Of a DNA stretch of 36,919 bases, positions 25,934 to 36,919 are shown one piece after another. Every line of letters begins with the position of its first letter. Position 1 is the first letter of the stretch. A program made the position numbers and the translations under genes. Origin of the DNA: Conidiobolus incongruus B7586 (lineage: Eukaryota); the NCBI GenBank assembly GCA_000697335.1, contig JNEM01010164.1:1-36919 (forward strand). Reading direction: 5' to 3'. The notes below the pieces were generated by a model. The model was not told where the DNA came from. It ran no database searches and saw only the letters and a list, made by a program, of their open reading frames with translations.

Positions 25934-26845
25934 CTAATATTTGTCAGCATAAATTTTCAGATGCTTTGTGAACCATTCTTCAAGATCAGTTTCACAAGGA
26001 TCAATACCCAAAGCCAGAGTTCTCTCAACATTCAAAATACAATTTTCAGGTTCTTCAATCGCATCATCAGGGGGAAATTCAAGTTCTGGCTCAAGATGAT
26101 CAATGGAAACACCAAGAATTCGGCCAAATATTTGGCAGATTTCATACTCGGTAAAGACTTTGGAATTAGAAAGATGAATTATATTTGGGAAGTTTGGAGT
26201 GTTGTTGGTAAGCTTTTCGGCAATTTGGAATAAACTTCTCGAAATATCTTCGACATATGTAGGGGAGCGAGTGGAGTGGTGATTGATAACCAAAGGTTCA
26301 TCTGATTTCTTTACAATGCTAACCATACTGTTTATAGCGGACTCCTCAGGATATTCGACGTCACCATAGAGGACGGGAAGACGAACCGAGACAGCTTTAG
26401 GAAGGACTCTGTGGATAGCTTGTTCACCTTGTAGTTTGGACAAACCGTAATAATTCAAAGGATTCGGACGAGAGTCAATATCGTATGGGGGTTCAGTACC
26501 ATCGAAGATAAAGTCAGTAGAAATATAAATCAAGTCCGAATTATGCTTTTTGCACTGAGTAGCTAGGAATTCAAGTGTTTTAAGATTGATATCATGAACG
26601 AAGGTTTTTGGATTCTCCAAGGAATTAAAATGACGTACAACAGCGCAATGAATGAACACATTAGGCTGATACTCATTAAAAAATTCTTCAACTTGAGTTT
26701 CGTTAGTAATATCTATTTGGATTAAATCTCCACTGACTCTTGATAGAGCTAGTCCAATTGTTTCCCAGCCATTTGATTTGAAGGTTTTGTAAACTGCTCT
26801 GCCTAAAAAGCCTGAAGCTCCACTTATTGCTACTTTTTTTATCAT
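25934..26845 (-). CDS. MAT2B / RmlD (dTDP-4-dehydrorhamnose reductase)-like extended SDR, 303 aa (copy B)
   Basis: Intronless ORF with Rossmann GASGFLG, FIHCA, YISTDFIFDG..PPY, 'PNPLNYYGLSK' (YxxxK), VRLPVLYG, RSPTYVEDI. Confidence 0.9.
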   Translation of the reverse strand: MIKKVAISGASGFLGRAVYKTFKSNGWETIGLALSRVSGDLIQIDITNETQVEEFFNEYQPNVFIHCAVVRHFNSLENPKTFVHDINLKTLEFLATQCKKHNSDLIYISTDFIFDGTEPPYDIDSRPNPLNYYGLSKLQGEQAIHRVLPKAVSVRLPVLYGDVEYPEESAINSMVSIVKKSDEPLVINHHSTRSPTYVEDISRSLFQIAEKLTNNTPNFPNIIHLSNSKVFTEYEICQIFGRILGVSIDHLEPELEFPPDDAIEEPENCILNVERTLALGIDPCETDLEEWFTKHLKIYADKY

Positions 26846-28744
26846 TTATTTATAAATTATTAAGTCAATAAATTTTCTTGATGTTATGACTCTTTATATT
26901 CAACTATTAAAATTGGTTTAATTGAACATTCTATAGCTTAAATTTCAAAATTATGATTAAATTGATGTGAAAAATTCAACAATAAAATTTATCAATACAA
27001 ATATAATGACTAATAACATTTTTATAGTATTACTAATTTCAGATGTGATATTATTATTACATATGATTGGCATATTAAGAATTTATCATTTCTGTGCATA
27101 AAAACAAATCATTTGGCCAGAAATGATATATAGTGATCTTACTCAATGCAAATAAATTTTATAGTTTTATAATAGCGGATTATCAATACTAATGAAACTG
27201 AATAGAGGATATTTTTGATAAACATAAAAATATATATTTTATACTATTAACTAATGTAATATGTATAATTTTAAAAATTGTTTTAGAATTCAAAATTTAT
27301 ATAATTTTTACATCCTTTGTTTCTCAATAAAAATAAAATTCAATATCGAATTCTAGAATCAATTGTTGTAAATTGGGGATTAATGCATTTGATCATTGAG
27401 TTTTTATTTTTATCAAGAAAACTCAACATTAGTTTATACAAATATAATAATTAATTGTAACATAAAATCTAACATCTTCATGCATATAATATAATCTATC
27501 ATTTAATTAATCTCAATTATATAGTTATTTCGAATACAGTTGTAAATATCATCAATCTTGTCATACATAAAAATATTTAAGGAAAGCAACTTCATTCCAA
27601 TTGTCACAACATTGTTTCTAAAGCAGAATTGATCAAATTATTGACAAAATTGATTTATGCCAAGATCCTACCCAACTCTCTTGTAGATGTGGAATTTAAT
27701 GTTTGATAATTGCGAGCATAAATTCCAAATGTTTAAATATTATATCATTCAATTGAGAACATCCGAAATCTATAAACCATATAATATTTTATTAATTCCT
27801 TAAATTTATCATCCATTAATTTGCAACATTTTCAATGTTTCTGGCGAATTTCTGTAGTAGGGATGGGTAAGACCATGACCTAAATCAATTTTGTCAATGT
27901 GATCAACCTTGCTCTAGATCCTAATCATTGACCAAACTCAATTTCATTTATCAAATTGTGTCTCACTTTATCAATTACATCACAAATACTTTTAACTACA
28001 TCATCTAAAATCATTATCGTGATTTCTTAAACAATGCTCAATCCTTATCACTACCATAAAAACATTTGGCTAATTTCAGGCAATTAGTATTTTAATGCCA
28101 GTGATAACTAAGCATAACTAAACTGATGAAATAAAATTATATGCTTAGGTTATTTCAATTTATCTATAATAATATCATTGATAGCTATAATCAGTCTATA
28201 ACAAAATCCGCAGAGTGAACATGTTAAATGTATCTTTTGAGTTGTTGCAGTAATTCACTTCAAAATAATTCAACTATATCAATTAAAAGGAATATTATTA
28301 AAATATTTAGTACATAATTTCATTATAAAGATAATTAATCAGCTAAAATTTAATTGATATAATATTATTAAAATAAAACTTCTTTAAATATCTTTTAATA
28401 TTCAATATTTTTAATTCTTTATAATATTTTCATATTAAATTGATACACTAAGATTGGAGCCTAATTTATCAAAATCAAAGACCAAGTTCTTCAAATTTTG
28501 AATTATATATTAGCTTTTAAAATATGTTAAAATGATTTTTTTTCAAGCTGTTTATAGCTTGTATATCATAAAAAAAATTCTTATATTTTAGGATGATTGT
28601 AACAGTAATATCAATGATAATGAAAATTATATCTTTCTATGGTAATCATCATGTTATTACTTTTAGTTGATATATTAGCCATACTAGAATTAATATTAAA
28701 CAAATAATTAAATAATAATAATATATTAAATGGATTGAATAAAA

Positions 28745-29645
28745 TTAATATTTGTCAACATTCATTTCAAAATGCTTTGTGGACCATTCTTCAAGGTTAG
28801 TTTCACAAGTATCAATACTCAAAGGTAGTTTTATAATAGTTTAAAATACTATCTTCAGGCTCTTCAAACGAAGCATTCATGAGTCATTTAAGTTCTGGTT
28901 GAAGGCGATCAATTCAGACATCAAGGATTTTACTAAATCTTAGGGAAACTTCGTATTCGATGAAGGCTTTGGTATTAGAAATATGTTGTATATTGAGGAA
29001 CTTCGAGGTGTTGGTTATATGCTATTGAGAAACTTGGAACAAACTTCTGGAAATGCCCTTAACATTGGTTGGAGTATGAGTTGAGCAATTATTGATAGCC
29101 GTTTGTTAATCTAATTTTTTATTACTTGTCATACCATTGACATTGGGCTCCTTGGGATACCGGACGTCACTGTGTATGACTTGGCATACAGCGCAAGGCA
29201 GCTTTGGGAAGGATTCAATGGATAGCCTGTGCACCTTGAAGCTTTGATAATCCATAATATTCAAAAAGTTGAAAAGAGAATGGGAACAATATGGAGGTAG
29301 AGTATTATCTAAAATAAATTAGTAAAGATATAGCTCAACTCTCAAAGATGCTTTCTGCACTGATTAGTTAAAGATTCTGATACTTTAACATTCATATTAT
29401 AATTGGAATCATTTTGTTTCAAAGCGAAATCAAAATCTTGTACTTCAGCCCAAAGAAACATTTGGTTGATACTCTGAAAAACTCCCCAACTTGAGTTTAT
29501 TTTGTAATAATGAATTTACTAACCCCCCCTCCATTGGTTCTATTTTTGGCTAGACCTATTTTTTCAAAATTGTTAGTCTTGAAGCTTTAGTAAACTTGTC
29601 TTCCTAAGAGACCGGAAGCTCCGCTGATAAATATTTTTTTATAAT
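28745..29645 (-). pseudogene. MAT2B/RmlD-like SDR pseudogene (copy C, most decayed)
   Basis: ISGASGLLGRQVY* is recognisable near 29590-29630 and EEWSTKHF near 28770-28792. The ATG is lost and there are many stops and indels. Colinear with copies B and D. Confidence 0.85.
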
Positions 29646-31559
29646 ATAAAATAATAAATTTTATTAATTCTTTGGATGTTATGACACTTTCTATACAACT
29701 ATCAATATTTGGTATAGTTCAACAATTTTTACCATAATTATTAATATAATTCTCAAGATTATATGAAAAATTGAATTATTTAAATCTATATAATATTATA
29801 AACAAAATAACATTTATATTAATGCGAATTACGGAATTCAAAATAATCTTACAATTGATATACCAAGTGTTTACCATCATTTCGCTGTTTATCAAATCAT
29901 TAAAGCTGAAATTATATTCATTGATCTAGTATAATTCATGTTAATAATAATAGTGTTTTAATCTTAGAATTCATTGTCAATCAAAGGATTTAATTTCCTC
30001 GACAAGTACAAGAGTATGATTTTTAAAATAATATCAATATAGCATAACGCTAACCAAATATTTTGGTCAAATAATAAATTATGCTAATCTTATAGTATAA
30101 TTACACGAAATCCTTATAGTGAATATTAAAATTTGGATTAATTTAATAAAATAATATATAAAGAGCATTTTGGATCGCAGTATATCAAATTTAACCCATA
30201 ACTAAGGATTTTCAAAAATGTTAATTTTTATAATTGACATCGATATAATGGATACTAATAATTATAATTTCTACAAAATCTATTTGTCCAAAAAATGAAG
30301 ATATATTATTTGAAAAATTTTTGAATTATCAAATGAATAACCTCTTAATAAATCGAAAAAATGGGTGATATCTGTATCATGGAAAATCAATTCTAGTTTG
30401 GGCTTATCAAGATGGAATATTTGATAATCAAACGATACAATTATTTAAGATAGCTTTTAGTTGATCAAAATCCTTTGTCCAATGCTAAGAGGTATCAATT
30501 CCAGTATCTATATTTTACTAAGGATTAATTCGATCATTTTATAGATAATCATCAGAGAAATTAAACAGGAATCATGTAAAAGTTCTGATAATGTCCAATT
30601 AAGAAACCCATGGATCTAAGAATTAAAGTCATTTTTCTAATTTATCACTACATTAGAAGCTAGATGCACAAAGTTAGGAACTAAATAAGTTTACTAAGTT
30701 AAAATTGGGATGAAAGAATTTATTAATTGAGATATAGATAAAACCTCAATATATCGAAAAATTATATTTTATTATCTTCTAACATCTATGAATTAGCACT
30801 TGTTATAATATATTATAATATTGATAAAGCTGGAAATACATGTTGAATTATACTTATATAGACAACTTTTTATTATGTTGATAATCAAAATAATATCAAC
30901 AAATTTTAATATCAACTTGTCATTTATACAAAATTTATTAATTATCGTTTTTTCTTTTTTCCTGGATTTCTGATTACTTAGTAATATTTTGCACAGACAC
31001 TTGTAAATTTAGTGTTTATAATTGTAAAAAAACTGTTATAAAATGGTCGTTTGATAAATTATAATTTTATATTTCCACATATAATATTTTTATTAAAGGA
31101 ATATAAAACATTAAAAAAAATCAAATTTCTTGAATTTAAATTTGATTATTTGAAATACAGTAAAGATTTTTATCAAATGTATTAATATGCTAAAATATAA
31201 AATTGATATGTAATAAATATAGTATGAAAATTATATTTTATGAAACAATTTCACTAAAATTTTCTTTTTATATCATTGAAATATAATTCATCAAAAAGGC
31301 ATAATTCAATTTTCATACTATGAGTTACTATTTTAATTGAATTTTTTGAAATTATTGGTTAAAGATAATTGTCAAAGAATTGCAATAATTTGTCTATTTA
31401 GCAAGATCTAGAAAAAAAATTAAAATATATTGTATTATTTGTTAAAATATAACCAAAAGTGACTAATTCATATTCATTGGAAGAATATTAAAACATTGAA
31501 ATATGTGTTTGACTTATTGTTTGATATAAAAATTATACTTAAAATTTATTTTATGAGAA

Positions 31560-32471
31560 TTAATATTTGTGTGCATTCGCAATTAAGTGTTGTGTGAACC
31601 ATTCTTCAAGGTCAATATCGCAAGGATCAATTCCCAAAGCCAATGTTCTGTCAACATTCAAAACACAATCTTCAGGCTCATCAATTACAGCATCCTTAGG
31701 CCATTCAAGCTCTGGTTGAAGGTGACCAATTGAGACACCAAGGATTCTTCCAAACATCTCGCAGATTTCGTATTCAGTAAAAACCTTAGTGTTTGAAATA
31801 TGGATAATATTGGGAAAGTTTGATGTATTATTTGTAAGCTTTTCGGCAATTTGAAACAAACTTCTAGAAACGTCTTTGACGTGAGTGGGAGTTCGAGTGG
31901 AGTGGTGATTAATAGCCATAGGTTTACCCGATTTCTTTACAATGCTAACAAAACCATTGATGACGGATTCTTCTGGATATTCGACGTCACCATAGAGGAC
32001 AGGAAGACGAATCGAGACAGCTTTAGGAAGAATCCAATGGACAGCTTGTTCACCTTGAAGTTTGGACAATCCATAATAGTTCAAAGGGTTTGGAAGAGCA
32101 TCGATATCATATGGAGCACCAGTACCATCAAAGATATAGTTTGTACAGATATAAATTAACTCCGAATTATGCTCCTTGCACTGGATAGCTAAAAATTCAG
32201 GTACTTTAACATTCAATTCAAAGGTAAAGTCCTTTTGACTCTCGGCAAGATCCGGATAACGTACTGCAGCACAATGGATGAACACATTAGGCTGATGCTG
32301 ATTGAAAAATTCTTCAACTTGAGTTTCGTCAGTTATATCCAGCGGTATTAAATCCTTGGTAGCTCTAGTTTGAGCTAAACCAATTGTTTCCCAGCCGTTA
32401 GTTTTGAAGGTTTGGTAGACGGCCCTACCTAAAAGACCAGAAGCTCCACTAATTGCTACTTTTTTGACCAT
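31560..32471 (-). CDS. MAT2B / RmlD-like extended SDR, 303 aa (copy D)
   Basis: Intronless ORF with GASGLLG, HCAAVRYPD, YICTNYIFDG, NYYGLSK, IRLPVLYG, RTPTHVKDV. Confidence 0.9.
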   Translation of the reverse strand: MVKKVAISGASGLLGRAVYQTFKTNGWETIGLAQTRATKDLIPLDITDETQVEEFFNQHQPNVFIHCAAVRYPDLAESQKDFTFELNVKVPEFLAIQCKEHNSELIYICTNYIFDGTGAPYDIDALPNPLNYYGLSKLQGEQAVHWILPKAVSIRLPVLYGDVEYPEESVINGFVSIVKKSGKPMAINHHSTRTPTHVKDVSRSLFQIAEKLTNNTSNFPNIIHISNTKVFTEYEICEMFGRILGVSIGHLQPELEWPKDAVIDEPEDCVLNVDRTLALGIDPCDIDLEEWFTQHLIANAHKY

Positions 32472-32652
32472 GATAATATAATATAATTATATTTTTCATT
32501 TCTCTGACCTATATTACACTTTATATAAACCTATCAAAACATTTGTTTAACCGAGCATTTTTTACTGTAATTTCAAAAATATGAATATGCTAATGTGAAA
32601 AATACAACTATTGAAATTGGCCATTACTTATTAAATGAATAATAATATTGGT

Positions 32653-32702
32653 ATAGTATTACAAATATCGGATGTGACAATAGTGTTACAGATGTCTGAT
32701 GT
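32653..32702. repeat. Imperfect 27-bp-period tandem repeat upstream of SDR copy D
   Basis: atagtattacaaatatcggatgt(gaca) followed by atagtgttacagatgtctgatgt. Confidence 0.65.
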
Positions 32703-33982
32703 ATCTAGTATTCACTTTCTTTATAAGCATATCATTAATAATAATACTAAATGCAGTGATCACATTTATTGCAGATTACAATTAATATATTTTAATATCA
32801 GATATTATTTCCTGATTTAAACGATAATGTTAACTTTTAATAAGTGAAAAGTTTGAGTTTTATATACTTTACTGATAATATATGCAAATAGCTGAATAAT
32901 TTTGATATATGAAAGTTTAATTATTTTTTATTCTCTTTTGCATAAAATATATTAAATAATTTATTCTAGACTCATGTTTGATTGATTTAGTAATAGTTTA
33001 GTTGTTTATTGGCTATATTTCTGATTAATAATCAAAGAAAATTCTATCATTTAACTATATATATCACTATTACTTTATTAACTGGTATCTTTTATTATCA
33101 TTTTCAAAATCTATTATTTTATGATAAACTATAAATATCTTATTTATGGAATAATATTGCAAACATTTTCAAATTTAGTATTATTGAAAGATAAAATATA
33201 TTACCTATTGATTTATATATAATATTATTAATTCGGAATATAAACAAGATAAATATAGAATAAATAGAATTTAAAAATCTAGTTTCAATTTTAATAGATA
33301 AAATATATCTTTTTATAGTAAAGTATAAAACAGCATGAAAAAGCTTTTATATGACAATTAAGATAACTATTTGACTATTTTTATAAGGGATAAAATTCTA
33401 ATATAAACTTATGATTGTATATAAAATTGTAAATGACTGATCATTTAGTGAGGCTCACTGAAAATTATAAATTGTTTTGAATAGTGGTAAATAATCAAAA
33501 TATCACACTATTGAAGAATCATTATTGAGTTTTTCATTGATCCAACTTATATCTTGAAAACAATAATAAATTATATTAACGTTTGAAAATATTAAAAATA
33601 TCGAAGCCAATATAACTAATGAAAATCTAATATATACACCATTGGTAATAAGTTTAATAAATTTAACGTAGTTGAATATTCTAATATAATATTCATCAGA
33701 ATATTTAATCACAATATATTTCGTTATAATATAAATATTATACTGGAAATTTACTGGTTTTTAAAATTATCTAATATTGTGTATCTGATATGATTTAAAA
33801 TATTATCAAATTTATTAAAACAATATGAGCAAAAAATTAGCTAATACATGTTTTTCTCTTTTAATTATAGCACTTAAATTTGGAAATATTGGGATAATAT
33901 TTTTAAAATAAATATATTATTGATAATACCAACTATAAATATATAACAAAGCTTAAATTAATATCAGTATTTTGATTTATAG

Positions 33983-34316
33983 TGTCACGAGTCAGGTGAC
34001 TCTCCTCCCACGTAATATACTTACTTCAACTGAATATAAGGGTCATTCCTCCCTCACGTGACCAACCATTTCAACCCTATCCTTTAATCAGCTAATGATA
34101 CAACCCTCCAGAAAACTCCAGAAACCTACTACTCTATGCACTATATATAGAATCCAGAAACAGAGCTATTCTACACAGAAGGAGTTTGATCTGGGTCCTC
34201 CCAGCTATTTGACTTAAACCAATAAACCCCCTATCTCCCTAACCTTTACCTGTAATTCCCTAGATCTCTCTCTTTTGCTTATACTATTCCGGACACAGCT
34301 TTCCCAAGACGTGTTA
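33983..34316 (+). mobile_element. Probable solo LTR of an LTR retrotransposon
   Basis: About 330-bp C-rich island starting TGTCACG. It contains TATATATAG (~34142), AATAAA (34221) and a pyrimidine-rich U5-like end. It ends either at ...GGACA (34295) or at ...CGTGTTA (34316); the latter is flanked by ATAG on both sides (33979-33982, 34317-34320). Confidence 0.62.
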
Positions 34317-35679
34317 ATAGCATGTTTGATATACCTAATTGATTAAATTAATTAATATATAATAAAAATGAACACCCCAACCCCTTACTGTATATATTTT
34401 ATTCAATATAATAAAATTAATAGAAATTATGATTTTTGCATATTGTATATCAAATATATATGAGTTAGTTTAATAATTTAATTTATCATATATTATTAAT
34501 TTTTTTAGATTTCTAATAATTTCAAATTTTAATACAGTAGTTTCAAAAGTACTGGTTAAATGAATAAAGTCAAAATTAATTAAAGACTTTAATATAAAAT
34601 ATGAAAAATAAAATTAATAAAGAATTAATTTTTAAATTGTAGTTATTAAAAATTATAAAAAATTAAAATAAAATTTCTTATTAAACGTTATTGATAATAT
34701 TTAAAAGAATAATTTAATAATATATTGTGGTTTCAAATCCTTTCACCTTTGTTTATTTCCATCAATTGATATGTAATAAAATAATGTTCAAAATAAGTAA
34801 ACACCTAATAACTAATTTAATATATTAAATGATTTTTAAATACAATCGATTGATATTTAAATAACCTATATAATAGGAACAATATTCAGGTATAAAAAAC
34901 TAAATTGGGTGTATCAACAAAAATCTAATTTTTTAAAAGAATTTGAAAAACATTGAATATAATTGCTAATGAAAAATAAATTTTGTAAATGATTAGAGTT
35001 CTGACTATATGGATTTTCATATATTATTTCTATTATGAACAAATTTGTATAATCTCATTTGAAAGTTTTGTCCAAGTTTAATACAGTCTTTGAATTGGGA
35101 ATTGATGAACAATTATTTTATTTATAGAATACATATAATAATATATTAATTAAATTATTGCATAAATTTTGATGTGATGGTAGATACTTAAGAAGTGTGT
35201 CTATATAATGATTAAATCTTGGGATCTATTTTAGAGTCTAATTAGATAAGATTAGAGCTTTCATAAAATCATTCTATTTTGTTAATTTTAGAGTTAACTA
35301 ATTATGGTAAGATTAGAATAATATTTTATATTAATCGGAATATATTCAAATTATATGGGATCTTTTTATTTTTTATAATATTAGATTTTTATTACAACTA
35401 AATGTTTAAAATTCTTTTGTGGTAGTCAAATATAAGTTCAGGACCAAAGAAAGCATTTAGCTATATAATATTAGTACAGAATATTGTGTTTTATAATAAG
35501 ATTTTTCAATCAACCTAGCTTATAATGAATTATTTATTAATAAGCTTATTTAAGTAGTTGATTCAGTGAATTATATATCTAACAAAGAGTATCCTTTAAT
35601 TATGTACTGACAAAGCAATATGTAAATGAGGGGTAATATGGACTTAATTATCAAATCAAGGTAGATGGAAAATTTTAAA

Positions 35680-36395
35680 ATACAAGAAGTAATTAAATAA
35701 TGACAAATTCTTAAAATCAGAATCAAATATGAGTTTTAATATATAACATATAAAATTAAACAAAGAATATAAAATTATGTTTATTTTTTATTATTAAAAA
35801 CTCTTTGCTATACTTTTGATAAGCTTTTAACAATTAAACTCTTTTATTAAGGATTAAGATTTGATATTTTATAGATTAATTTAATTTTATTTATTGTATA
35901 AAAAAAATATAGTTAAATAAATTATATTCTAATGAATTATATTATATGTGTTAAGTGTTTTTATATAAAAAAACCTTTATAACTTTAATTTTATATATTT
36001 TATAAATATTATTTAAAATAATAGGTATCTTTAATATATAAGAAAAACACTAACTAGAAATTACTTTAAAAAATAAAATGATAATTATTAATTAATTTAC
36101 TTTTAAAAATTATATAACAAAGTTATATATTATTATAATTAATTTTAATAATTAAAATTTAGTTATAAATTAAATATTTATTTATTCTAATTCATAATAA
36201 AATTATTTTTATATTATATTAAATAAAAGATTATATAAAGGAATTTATAATTTATTAAAATAATTTAATATAAATAATTTTATTTCAGTTATATTTTAAT
36301 TAGCTTAGTTTAATTATAGCTATTTTAACTTTCTTTTAAGTTTTTGTTAAATTATAAGATATTTATTTTTATTAATCAAACTAAGTTTAAATTAT
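35680..36395 (-). mobile_element. 3' half of a decayed mariner relative (copy M4), interrupted by M2
   Basis: The reverse complement contains 'tgttaaaagcttatcaaaagtatagcaaagagtttttaataataaaa' (C-terminus of M1/M3) and 'tttaaacttagtttgattaataaaaataaatatcttataatttaacaaaa' (matches M3 ~24640-24695). Confidence 0.68.
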
Positions 36396-36397
36396 TA

Positions 36398-36919
36398 TTA
36401 CCATAGAATTGAAGAAATGGGAAATTTTTTAATTTCTGATTTTTCAAACATATTATTAGTTTCAAATAAGCAAATATATACAAAACAAATAGGAAAATAA
36501 ATAGTTTTGAATTATATATATATATAATAATTTTTTTGATTAAAAAATGAATTTTTTAAAATTAGTTGTTTAATTTAATCATGCTTAAACCAAATAGTGA
36601 CCATCAAAAGTCTTTTATTTTAGTATCAGTAAAACTTAACCACAAACCCTCTAAAATCATTTAAAATTTACAAACAGCTTTTGGTAATGAAGCATTATCT
36701 AAATCAACAATTTATCACTGGGTAAATTACTTTAAGGCTGGGAGAGAAACTACCCAAAACTTGTTAAAATCTAGAAGACCAATTTCAACTGTCACTCTTC
36801 CAATTATTAATAAAGTAAAAAATTATATTGAAAAGCACCCTTTTATTTCAGCTAGAGAATTATCAAGACACTTTAATATTAGTCACACAAGTATTTTATA
36901 TATATTAAAGTTTAAATTA
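36398..36919 (+). mobile_element. Mariner transposon copy M2 (5' part; runs off the window), transposase pseudogene from 36581
   Basis: TIR TA|TTACCATAGAATTGAAGAAATGGGAAATT. Translation from 36581: MLKPNSDHQKSFILVSVKLNHKPSKII*NLQTAFGNEALSKSTIYHWVNYFKAGRETTQNLLKSRRPISTVTLPIINKVKNYIEKHPFISARELSRHFNISHTSILYIL. This is a Mos1-like paired HTH with a degenerate GRP linker. Confidence 0.9.

Noticed and set aside
5006..29645. Possible TAA/TAG-to-Gln recoding, since many in-frame TAA codons occur at Gln-like positions in broken genes
   Set aside because: Conserved genes end in TAA/TAG and have no internal stops, and the broken copies also carry frameshifts.
30340..30720. Slightly GC-richer patches (also ~4670-4860, ~22200-22460, ~23860-24060)
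   Set aside because: Possibly old gene remnants, but no ORF, RNA structure or family could be supported.
173..32159. Short antisense or alternate-frame ORFs (e.g. 173-370, 795-1070, 7698-7954, 12203-12421, 15806-16083, 17378-17614, 18564-18779, 25961-26233, 31851-32159)
   Set aside because: They are shadows of real genes or pseudogenes on the other strand or frame.
9761..33712. AT-rich short ORFs (9761-9952, 15032-15214, 22615-22812, 25502-25702, 32635-32820, 33503-33712)
   Set aside because: Their I/N/F/Y/K-biased composition is expected by chance in very AT-rich DNA, and no motifs were recognised.
34370..34740. TA|CAGT words (~34533 on +, ~34390 on -) resembling Tc1/pogo TIR starts
   Set aside because: No matching inverted partner or transposase remnant could be established by eye.
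35589..35597. GTATCCTTT (U12 donor-like); also ATATCCTTT at 8781
   Set aside because: Neither lies in a gene on that strand. The 8781 word is the reverse side of the PAF-AH TATA region.
1..36919. CRISPR arrays, tRNA, rRNA, prokaryotic operons
   Set aside because: None seen. The window is eukaryotic with spliceosomal introns.

Overview
This is an AT-rich eukaryotic nuclear window with short (~50 nt) GT-AG introns. It is most likely from an early-diverging fungus; the F-box pseudogene style suggests Conidiobolus-like Entomophthoromycotina, but that is inference. Intact genes are ORC1 (AAA+/winged-helix part), a PAF acetylhydrolase, RRP43/EXOSC8, a C9orf85/DUF2039 homolog, CWF19L2 and two MAT2B/RmlD-like SDR genes. 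Pseudogenes are a second PAF-AH, an F-box/LRR gene and two more MAT2B/RmlD-like copies. Features not visible in the ORF track are (1) a well-formed U11 snRNA of the minor spliceosome at ~16578-16749 (-), head-to-head with CWF19L2; (2) four copies of a mariner DNA transposon showing near-exclusive C>T/G>A hypermutation (RIP-like); (3) a probable solo LTR; and (4) a 253-bp near-identical tract shared by two otherwise diverged SDR paralogs, suggesting gene conversion.
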